Shown: positions 10,583-18,569 of the stretch, piece after piece | Position numbering within the stretch: the stretch's first letter is position 1 | Layout: every line of letters starts with the position of its first letter | DNA from: a virus | Taxonomy: Duplodnaviria; Caudoviricetes | IMG/VR virus record: IMGVR_UViG_3300035501_000350 | Location: 55,918 to 119,917 of that record | Length of the DNA: 64,000 nucleotides | Strand: one strand, 5' to 3' | Notes under the pieces: model-generated | Databases searched by the model: none | Told to the model about the DNA's origin: nothing | What the model saw: only the letters and a program-made list of their open reading frames with translations | Position numbers and translations under genes: made by a program

Positions 10583-11530
10583 ATGCCTAAAACATATGCT
10601 GATACTTACCTATATAAGACATACTCTGGGTATGAGAAGAAGATGTTCGAGTTCATCATGAATGCTGAACGAATCGACACATCGTCTGCTGAATTTGAAG
10701 ATGTATTGTATGATTTTAAACGTAGAGCTGTAAGCGATAAGCTTGTTAAGATTTTGAGATCTAATAATGTTATTCTTGGTATTAATAAGGGTAAGCCTTT
10801 GCCTAAAGCATTTAAAGCATTTGTAGCTAAAGATGTAAAGACAGATAAATCCGGTAAAAATAGAAAAGTATTTATTGATGTAACCGATTGTGTTGTTAAG
10901 AGTGGATCTACCTATAAGTGCGATCACTTGGATTGGCTTACGGCTTACTTGATTAATGGTATGACGGCTTACATCTATGCTATGCAAGAGCATAGACTTA
11001 CAGGAAACGCATCTGTTCTCACAGATGGTGGTACTGCATTTACTAAATGCTTTTCCTATGTAATTGATCGTCTATATAAAATCTCTTCTGTACAATCTCT
11101 GAGAAAGAAAGTAGAGTACGTTATAGCAATGTACTACCAAATTAATTTGATGGGAAGAGACAAAGATAAGCAGTATGATTCCATTAAAGCTAATGCTATT
11201 AAAATCTCAGGAGTAGAGCAAAATGATGCTAGATATCTTGACGTTATGATCGCTGAGCATGACTTTGATAATCTTGATACATTCGTTAAAGCTCTTGGTA
11301 GATTATTTAGCTTAAAAGATATAAAGACCTCTATTGTTGTAAGCATGTGGATGCAGTCATTTGGTACTGGAACAGTATTTGCTATGGAGTTCTTACCTGC
11401 ATTTGCCGCTATGCTTACGAATACATACGTTGGAGGTTATATTGACCAGCAGATGACTATCGAAAAGGTCGCAGGAACATCTATGGTTACATTCAGCAAA
11501 ACTATTCTTCAGATTGGAGCGTCTGTATGA
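10583..11530 (+). CDS. probable virion structural protein
   Basis: ORF with AGGAGG RBS and a late-type promoter at 10544; stop overlaps the start of the next large gene. Confidence 0.55.
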   Translation: MPKTYADTYLYKTYSGYEKKMFEFIMNAERIDTSSAEFEDVLYDFKRRAVSDKLVKILRSNNVILGINKGKPLPKAFKAFVAKDVKTDKSGKNRKVFIDVTDCVVKSGSTYKCDHLDWLTAYLINGMTAYIYAMQEHRLTGNASVLTDGGTAFTKCFSYVIDRLYKISSVQSLRKKVEYVIAMYYQINLMGRDKDKQYDSIKANAIKISGVEQNDARYLDVMIAEHDFDNLDTFVKALGRLFSLKDIKTSIVVSMWMQSFGTGTVFAMEFLPAFAAMLTNTYVGGYIDQQMTIEKVAGTSMVTFSKTILQIGASV

Positions 11531-14500
11531 TTACTTTAGAGCAAAAGCAAAAAGTTTTAACCGCTCTAAAGTCACATACTGTTACCTCTGTAAGGGCTAA
11601 TCAAAAATATAAGATCCCTGTAATAATTGATGGAGAAGAAAGACTCCTTACAGGTATTGATATTGTTGATGAGGCTGATGGATATTACGCTATTATTCCT
11701 AAAGATGGTATTATCCCTAGAGCAATAGAGCATGAGCATTCATATACTACGCTTAAAGAGCTTGAGGAGAATAATATAATCTGGGGAGGAATTATTCTAA
11801 ATAACTCTAAAGATCAAAATGTATATGATCATAAGTCTGCCGATGGGGTAGAGGTATCTCAAAGAGAAAGTATTGTCACATTTGGAAATAAGAAAGTTAG
11901 ATTCTTTAATCAGAAGTTTTTCCATTATGATGATACTTGGTACGAGTATAAATACTCTGCCGATGAACCTCAATATACATACGGAATTATTAGAGTAGAG
12001 AATATGCCTTTCAATCCATTTGAAGGCAAGCGCAATATGAAGTCTTTTATCTGTAGTTTAAACAATCTATTCTATCAAAGATATTGTGAGCCATTCATGT
12101 TGTTTATAAACAAGAAGTTTGTAAGCTGGAATGACATTATGGTTGTCTTTGATTGTGGAACCACGTATCTTCTCTTATATGGAGAGAAGTATAACTATTT
12201 TGATCTTAGAGATGCTGAGATACATATGGTTATATTGCCCTTCAAGGTTGATTATATTGGGGAAGAATCTGATGATAGATTCAACATGATGTATGAAATC
12301 ACTAGAGAATACATTCAGGAATCTATGGTTATAAATGATGATGGTTCTTTTACAATAACATCTCCTGGAATAGATGAAATCTACAGATACAGAGGAATGG
12401 TTTACAACGTAGGAGCATGGTTATATCAGCAGCTTAAGTATAATGCATTAGGAAAACTATCATTACAAAGAAAAGAAAAGCTTAGAAGATTTGATGTAAT
12501 AAAGAGAGAGTATGATCTCGCTGGCAATATAATCAATACTGTCTATACTAAGTTTAATGCTCTAGATAAGGATTCTTATGATACCGCCCTATACAATCAG
12601 GTTACAGAGGGAAGAACTCTATTTGAATTCCAGGATAGAGCAATATTTAAATTTGATAGTGATGGTTTATTAGATTATAGCAGTGGAGTTAATACTATAG
12701 CTCTATTTGACGACATTACATATTTCAGGCGTCATTATTCAAATAACACCACCGCAGTGGTTCAAGATACTCACGTAAGGAATATTCTATTTAGAGAAAA
12801 CTTTGTAGTTTTTAGAAATGGTTTATTTGATCCTACATGTGAGATGGATATATCTGTACATAATGTATGCACTATAGATAATCCTAAAAAGGATAATCTT
12901 GATATTCTAGTATTCTATCATCTTCCTATAGAGCGTATTGTTACTCTTTTAGATAAGTTTGATTGGGATTACATCTATGAAGTCTCTAAGAATATAATAG
13001 AGAAGAATCTGGATGTAAAGAATGGCGTTAGCGCATATGTATACGATGAGAATGGAGAAGTAGTAAATCAATTCGATCAGATTGATGCCATCTTCTCTAA
13101 ATCTAAATTTAAGTTTACTCCTAAGATGACTAGCAATGTGGTATTTTTAAATGCTAATGACTATGAGCGTCAGATCTATTTACAGATGATGGCATATTAT
13201 CTTGATTATCAGTACACAGATGATAGACTGTATGAAGAGAATTATAATGAAGCAATGAACACAGTAATGGCTTTTGATCCATTGCTGTTTAGTAATCTCT
13301 ATCATACTAATATTGATTCTAAAACATACTATGGATATGAGGCTAATGAATCTCTTCTTGGCGTAATTGATTATGAGAATCGTAAAGGATTAAAGATCCC
13401 ACGGAATAAATACGAAAAGCATGAATCTTATGTATTAGTATTTGAAAATGGAGAGCTAATAGAAGAGTATTCACAGATGTGTGTATATCCAAACTTCTTC
13501 TTTATCCCAATGGATAGAGAGTTCGCATCTCAAAGCCGCATAGAGATTCTCTATTTCAATTATATTGATAATAATGAGATTGGATTCTATCTTACAGATT
13601 ATATGGTAGAACATATGCAGGAGGCTCAATCTGGAGATACTAAATGGTATGGTACTGATATATTCAATCAGTTCATTAATCCTAAAGATCTAAAGATCTT
13701 CTGTAAATACCCTGAAAATATCATAGTATATAACTCTCTGGTAAAAGAGTCTAGTGATATTGCATTTAATGTATCTTATAGAGATACAGAGGGTGATCTA
13801 TACCTCATAGGCGATGTTGTCGATGAATGCTTAAATAATACAGAAGATAAGTGCAAACTCACAGCTGTATCTAAGCGTAAATTTATCTACCAGAGGTTGT
13901 GTGTAGAGAACAAATCATATCGTATAATTCTTGGATCTAGATTTAGATATTGCGATAACCCCAGACAGTATATGCTGTTTATTAATGGTCGTCGTATTAG
14001 TGAGGAGTATTATTATATTACTATACCGAAATACACTAGACCATTCTGGGGTATGTATCTATATACTTCTAGATTTGTTGGCCCTGAAGATAGAATTGAA
14101 TTGTTCTATTTACCAGAAGAATTCCCCAATATAAATGATAAGCTTAATCTACAGATCACCAAGTCTGGCTATATACAGACTAGAAAAGAGAATCTTGAAG
14201 TTCCATTAGACGGTAGATATTATATGATCTTCGCTAATGGTAAGAAGATTCCTGCAGATGATATTGTTCCTATAGATAGCCATACTATCCGTCTTTCTAA
14301 AGACCAACAGACAATGAAGAATATTGTAGTCAATCGTATCTACACTGACACTATGGATGAGTTCTCTGATTACTTTAAGGATGAATCTCTTAGTGCTTAT
14401 GATACTATGACTGATTACATTATAAATTGTCTACAGCTTGGAACTACAGAATTAGATAAGCTCTTCCAGGTTTATGAGAAAATGTCTGATACTGAAGTTG

Positions 14501-15840
14501 ATATGAATAGACGGAATGTAAATAGAATTGCTATTATCAATGAGATAGTAAGAGATTTCTGGGTTACATCCGGATATGATTATAATACTCAACCATTTGT
14601 GTATGACTTCATATCTGATGATCTAATTATTAAAGATGAGAATGGTAATTTGATTATTCCTGCACTGGATGCAAATCAGTATATCAATATCATTAAGAAT
14701 GATACTCATCTTATCTACTATTATCATAATCCTAATGGGAACTGGTTTGAGAATGGTAGAGTAATAAATGCTCTTACATTCTTCTGGGAGTATTCTACTA
14801 ATCTATATGGTAATAAGACTATATATGAACAGATGATGGCGTATTCTTCAGATGACGATCCATCTAATCTTACTAAGATAGATCTTGGTACCGATACTAG
14901 AGAATGGGCCTATAATACCTCTATCTCTAGTGATATGACTTTCCATTTCATTGGTAAGACTACATCTCAAATTGTAGATAGAGTAAGCCATATTAAGTTT
15001 GCTGACTGTGTTTACGTTGGAACTATAGATGAAGATCTCTTGCAAGATTATAGCAAGGATTGGACAGGTGTATCTGCATTTATTCATAATGATTCCGGAG
15101 GATTAGATAGAGTCATCAATAAGATAGATGTGATTACTTCTAATGAAGAATTTAAGTTTACTCCTAAGATGACTGAAAGTGTAGTCTTCTTGAACTATGA
15201 TGAATTACAAAATATGCTCTATACTTTCAAAGACCTGTGTCAGCCCTCGCCAGAAGTCACTTTAGAAGGCTGTACTATCGGAAATAACAATTATTTTGTA
15301 TATGCGTGTCCTAAGAGTTACGCCTATGATGGAGACGACTGTTTGATAGAATTTATATTCCCAGATTTAAATTCTCCAGATATAATGAATCATCTTACAG
15401 TTGGTACTACTCCTGTATATACATCTGGTATTTATAGTCTTAGTACTAATAATAGACTAGAATCTTTAGATCGTATGGAAATGATCTTGTTAGATGAGAT
15501 ATCTTATACTAATAAATATGGCCATGAAGAAACCTATTGTGTATGGAGAACTAATGGCTTCTTTACTAGATTAGATGATGATTGTAAGTTTGATATTACT
15601 ATAAGATTTAAAGATCATACTAAGTCTTATTCGTTTGATTATGACGAAACTATCAGAGCAATTGAGGTGAATGAAAACATGGATACTGAAATCATTGATA
15701 TGGATATTGACGAACTGTTTGGTTCTTCTAGCAGTGATTCTACTGTAACTCCTGTAGACGAGAATGTTACCCCTAAGCCCTCCAAGGCTAGAAGTAATAA
15801 TGTGGTTATGATTGATGATATTAAAATATTAAACACGTAA
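11527..15840 (+). CDS. large virion structural protein (1437 aa)
   Basis: Long ORF with repeated 'hFxNGxhh' beta-strand motifs typical of jumbo phage virion proteins; internal repeat. Confidence 0.65.
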   Translation: MITLEQKQKVLTALKSHTVTSVRANQKYKIPVIIDGEERLLTGIDIVDEADGYYAIIPKDGIIPRAIEHEHSYTTLKELEENNIIWGGIILNNSKDQNVYDHKSADGVEVSQRESIVTFGNKKVRFFNQKFFHYDDTWYEYKYSADEPQYTYGIIRVENMPFNPFEGKRNMKSFICSLNNLFYQRYCEPFMLFINKKFVSWNDIMVVFDCGTTYLLLYGEKYNYFDLRDAEIHMVILPFKVDYIGEESDDRFNMMYEITREYIQESMVINDDGSFTITSPGIDEIYRYRGMVYNVGAWLYQQLKYNALGKLSLQRKEKLRRFDVIKREYDLAGNIINTVYTKFNALDKDSYDTALYNQVTEGRTLFEFQDRAIFKFDSDGLLDYSSGVNTIALFDDITYFRRHYSNNTTAVVQDTHVRNILFRENFVVFRNGLFDPTCEMDISVHNVCTIDNPKKDNLDILVFYHLPIERIVTLLDKFDWDYIYEVSKNIIEKNLDVKNGVSAYVYDENGEVVNQFDQIDAIFSKSKFKFTPKMTSNVVFLNANDYERQIYLQMMAYYLDYQYTDDRLYEENYNEAMNTVMAFDPLLFSNLYHTNIDSKTYYGYEANESLLGVIDYENRKGLKIPRNKYEKHESYVLVFENGELIEEYSQMCVYPNFFFIPMDREFASQSRIEILYFNYIDNNEIGFYLTDYMVEHMQEAQSGDTKWYGTDIFNQFINPKDLKIFCKYPENIIVYNSLVKESSDIAFNVSYRDTEGDLYLIGDVVDECLNNTEDKCKLTAVSKRKFIYQRLCVENKSYRIILGSRFRYCDNPRQYMLFINGRRISEEYYYITIPKYTRPFWGMYLYTSRFVGPEDRIELFYLPEEFPNINDKLNLQITKSGYIQTRKENLEVPLDGRYYMIFANGKKIPADDIVPIDSHTIRLSKDQQTMKNIVVNRIYTDTMDEFSDYFKDESLSAYDTMTDYIINCLQLGTTELDKLFQVYEKMSDTEVDMNRRNVNRIAIINEIVRDFWVTSGYDYNTQPFVYDFISDDLIIKDENGNLIIPALDANQYINIIKNDTHLIYYYHNPNGNWFENGRVINALTFFWEYSTNLYGNKTIYEQMMAYSSDDDPSNLTKIDLGTDTREWAYNTSISSDMTFHFIGKTTSQIVDRVSHIKFADCVYVGTIDEDLLQDYSKDWTGVSAFIHNDSGGLDRVINKIDVITSNEEFKFTPKMTESVVFLNYDELQNMLYTFKDLCQPSPEVTLEGCTIGNNNYFVYACPKSYAYDGDDCLIEFIFPDLNSPDIMNHLTVGTTPVYTSGIYSLSTNNRLESLDRMEMILLDEISYTNKYGHEETYCVWRTNGFFTRLDDDCKFDITIRFKDHTKSYSFDYDETIRAIEVNENMDTEIIDMDIDELFGSSSSDSTVTPVDENVTPKPSKARSNNVVMIDDIKILNT

Positions 15841-15849
15841 CATGAATAT

Positions 15850-16062
15850 AGCAGTTGTGACATATTTATACTGCTATCCGTAGTTGGGCCGCGATTAGTT
15901 AGGTACCGATAGCCCTCACTCCAAGTGTAAGAATTTACACAAATTCCTACATGTATATGATAGTTATGATTGCACCTTAACTATCATGGGCATAAGAGTT
16001 GGTCCTCGCAGCCCCAGTATCAATCCGCCGCGTAGCCCTGTTTGGCCGCGCGGCGGGTTTCT
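15850..16062 (+). ncRNA. putative ~210 nt structured non-coding RNA
   Basis: ACA-TGAATA-TA promoter match (15840-15850); 5' stem AGCAGT/ACTGCT at +1; stems GTGTAA/TTACAC and ATGATAGTTA/TAACTATCAT; GC-rich terminal hairpin CCGCCGCG/CGCGGCGG followed by TTTC; no long ORF. Confidence 0.55.
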
Positions 16063-16096
16063 TATTATTAAAAATTAATATAACGTACATATTAAT

Positions 16097-16203
16097 GACA
16101 GGTGCGTCCCTGTCTCCTTTCTGACCGGACACTGCGTATAATTTTGTTGCTAAAGCTTTTCACAGACGTTTCCCGTATGGTTAATTCCATACGGGGAATG
16201 TTC
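16097..16203 (+). ncRNA. putative small RNA, array unit 1
   Basis: +1 G after ACA-N6-T; 5' stem GACAGG/CCTGTC; CTCCTTTC linker; terminal invariant hairpin. Confidence 0.6.
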
Positions 16204-16237
16204 TTGTATAAAAATACAATACGATATACATATTAGT

Positions 16238-16354
16238 GGTGGGTTTGGTCGCCCATCTCTTTCCTGGTTTGAGCCTTTGAACTCCTATACCAGAGGCTCA
16301 GCATTTAGGTTTCCTTAGAGAATCCCCGTATGGTTAATTCCATACGGGGATACC
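16238..16354 (+). ncRNA. putative small RNA, array unit 2
   Basis: 5' stem GGTGGG/CCCATC; TCTTTCCT linker; stem TGAGCCTTTG/CAGAGGCTCA; terminal hairpin. Confidence 0.6.
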
Positions 16355-16390
16355 TAGTGTAAAAATATACAATATGCTATACATATTAGT

Positions 16391-16500
16391 GACGGGTCTT
16401 CCCGTGTGCCCATCCCTTCCGTACGGGTTTGATGCAGCCCGATTTTCAACTTATTGGCTTGGGGATTCCCCGTATGGTTAATTCCATACGGGGATACCTC
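16391..16500 (+). ncRNA. putative small RNA, array unit 3
   Basis: 5' stem GACGGG with CCCGT or CCCATC; CCTTCC linker; stem CGGGTT/AGCCCG; terminal hairpin. Confidence 0.6.
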
Positions 16501-16538
16501 TATTGTGTAAAAATATACAACACGGTATACATATTAGT

Positions 16539-16673
16539 GATGGGATTGCTCAACTACCCATCTTTATGAATGGCCACTAGTATACTTCGGCGGTGGCACT
16601 AGTGGTTGTTTCATAGTATAGTGTCCTTAATGGGATATTCCCCGTATGGTTAATTCCATACGGGGGATGTTCC
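16539..16673 (+). ncRNA. putative small RNA, array unit 4
   Basis: 5' stem GATGGG/CCCATC; long stem ATGAA-TGGCCACTAGT/ACTAGTGGTTG-TTTCAT; terminal hairpin extended by G-U pairs. Confidence 0.6.
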
Positions 16674-16707
16674 GCGTAAGAAAATACAACACATCATACA
16701 TATTAGT

Positions 16708-16850
16708 GATGGATATAGTTACACGTGTTCATCATTCTTTCCAGTGTTGAGTTAGTAAGCCCTTGCCTGAAAACTCAGCGTTTTTACTCTTGTAGACATG
16801 TTAGACAAGGATATTCCCCGTATGGTTAATTCCATACGGGGGATGTTCTG
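16708..16850 (+). ncRNA. putative small RNA, array unit 5
   Basis: 5' stem GATGGATAT/GTGTTCATC; TTCTTTCC linker; stem GTTGAGTT/AACTCAGC; terminal hairpin extended by G-U pairs. Confidence 0.6.
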
Positions 16851-16921
16851 CTTTAAATTATAAATATATATTTATATTTACATAAAGTTAATTTATTTAC
16901 AATAATTGGAGGTTTAGAGAA

Positions 16922-17806
16922 ATGATGCTGCAGGAAGAATTTAATAAGATTACTACTGCCTATGAGAATTATATCAAGAACGGCGGGCCTAAGAGCAGTT
17001 CTGATAGAATGAACTACATTAATACTGTATTCAATAGTGTTAATATGGTAATCAAACTACTGTGTATTAGCGTTAATGGTGTTGATGTTGATTCTGCTGT
17101 GCTCACTGAGGCACAGTATAATAAGCGCAGTGCCATGGGTAATAAGCTGTTTGGCTCTCAGACAGCTAATGCAGAAGAAATTACTAAACCTTCTGAGGAT
17201 ATTACTGAAGAAGAGTCTGTTGTTATTAATTCTGTATCTGTAGAGGATATTCCCTCTGCAGAGGAACAGTCTGAAGATACTACTATTATTACTGAGGAGG
17301 ATACCGATATGCCTGCAAAGGAAACCAAGACTAAGAAAAAGACTAGTACTAAAAAGAAGGCTGTTGAAGAGCCTTCCGAGGAAACTAAGAAGACTACCAC
17401 TAAAAAGAGGTCTACCAAGAAGACTAAGAAAGAGCCTATCGAAGCAGAAGTTAAGATGAAGGAAATCGAGGATTTCGTTGCCGGTAAGACTGCTGTTGAT
17501 ATTATCGGAGAAGAGCTTACCGCATGGGGTATTTCTTCTGATTCCTTTGTTTATAAGGCTCTTGTTAGACTTCCTGAACTTACTAAGCATGCTGTTAAGT
17601 ATGCTGAGGTTGTTGATCTTATTGCTGCTGATACTGGTAAACCTAAGGGAGTTATTTCCTCTGCTTTCACTAACATGGTTAAGAAAGCAGATTTCTCTAA
17701 GACCATCTACTTACCTAACTTCCTTAAGCTTACTGAAGAAGAGCTTCGTAGCAATAGAGACTTTGTAATCGAGCAGCTTGCCGAATATTGCGAGCCTGAC
17801 GAGTAA
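16922..17806 (+). CDS. protein with acidic and Lys/Thr-rich linker and C-terminal Spo0A DNA-binding-domain-like region
   Basis: C-terminal IGEELTAWGIS..YKAL...LIAADTGKPKGVISSAFTNMVKKA...SNRDFV resembles Spo0A_C (IxxxxxExGVP..GYxYL...[23 protein letters not shown]...TNSEFI); GGAGG RBS. Confidence 0.55.
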   Translation: MMLQEEFNKITTAYENYIKNGGPKSSSDRMNYINTVFNSVNMVIKLLCISVNGVDVDSAVLTEAQYNKRSAMGNKLFGSQTANAEEITKPSEDITEEESVVINSVSVEDIPSAEEQSEDTTIITEEDTDMPAKETKTKKKTSTKKKAVEEPSEETKKTTTKKRSTKKTKKEPIEAEVKMKEIEDFVAGKTAVDIIGEELTAWGISSDSFVYKALVRLPELTKHAVKYAEVVDLIAADTGKPKGVISSAFTNMVKKADFSKTIYLPNFLKLTEEELRSNRDFVIEQLAEYCEPDE

Positions 17807-17840
17807 TTTTGCCAACTTCCTTATCCTTTTTATTCTAATA

Positions 17841-17883
17841 AGAAAATACTGGGTCAAGGCGAGAGCCTTACCCAGTATTTTCT
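17841..17883 (+). terminator. hairpin terminator
   Basis: AGAAAATACTGGGT...ACCCAGTATTTTCT inverted repeat after the ORF. Confidence 0.7.
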
Positions 17884-17928
17884 ACATTTTAATAATAGAA
17901 AAGTAATATACTTTTTCTACTATTATTA

Positions 17929-18546
17929 TTGAGAGGATGTGAATTAATAATGGGTAAACCTAGAAGAAAGTACGGTGAATCTAAAGAGGATTATATAAAG
18001 AGAGCCGCACTTGAGATGTACTCAGAAGGATACCATATTAGCGAGATCGCACCAAAACTCAATACTACGCAATTTAAGGTGTATAACGCTGTAATGGTTA
18101 GTAGTAGCAGGACTACTACAGAAGAAGAACGTGAAGAAATGATTTACTTAAGATCTAAAGGGATGCCATATAGGGACATTGCTGCTATTGTAGGTCGTAG
18201 TGAATCATGTGTACGTTTAAGAGTTAAGACTCCAGCTAAGTTTAATTCTCGTGGCGGGCATCATATGTCAGATAAAGACCTTAATAAGATGAAGGAATGG
18301 TACTCTGAGGGAAAGACCATTACCTGGATCGCTAAAAAGCTTGGAGTTAATAGAGATAATGTAATTCATAGAATCAGAAAGTCTGATTTATATGAGCCTA
18401 ATAAATCTAAGATTACTCCTCTTACTATAGCAGAGAAGCGTAAGATAGATTTAATGAAGTCTAAGCGTATGATGCTTGATGAAATGGTTGAAGAGACTGG
18501 TAGAGATCATAACCTGATCATCAAGTATATTAATAGAGGGAAGTAA
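17929..18546 (+). CDS. multi-helix-turn-helix DNA-binding protein
   Basis: Three to four HTH units (ISEIAPKLNTTQFKVY; YRDIAAIVGRSESCVR; ITWIAKKLGVNRDNVI); likely start MGKPRR. Confidence 0.75.
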   Translation: MRGCELIMGKPRRKYGESKEDYIKRAALEMYSEGYHISEIAPKLNTTQFKVYNAVMVSSSRTTTEEEREEMIYLRSKGMPYRDIAAIVGRSESCVRLRVKTPAKFNSRGGHHMSDKDLNKMKEWYSEGKTITWIAKKLGVNRDNVIHRIRKSDLYEPNKSKITPLTIAEKRKIDLMKSKRMMLDEMVEETGRDHNLIIKYINRGK

Positions 18547-18569
18547 TATACTTCCTATAAATGGTAATT

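Larger units (their letters stand above)
16087..16850 (+). repeat. array of five units with invariant palindrome CCCGTATGGTTAATTCCATACGGG and conserved ACATATTARTG motif
   Basis: Exact 24-mer at 16172, 16325, 16469, 16641 and 16817 (spacing 153, 144, 172, 176); ACATATTA(A/G)TG at 16087, 16228, 16381, 16529 and 16698; sequences between the motifs are unique. Confidence 0.95.

Noticed and set aside
16230-16570. Tiny minus-strand ORFs starting at ATGGG in array units, with purine-rich upstream sequence
   Set aside because: Lengths and sequences are not conserved (7 aa, longer, 3 aa), RBS spacing is poor, and G-U pairs favour plus-strand RNA
16172-16840. CRISPR array
   Set aside because: Inter-repeat segments are 120-152 nt, variable in length, structured and contain a second conserved motif; no cas operon in the window
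15850-16850. tRNA or tmRNA genes
   Set aside because: No cloverleaf, T-loop GTTCRA or tag reading frame recognisable
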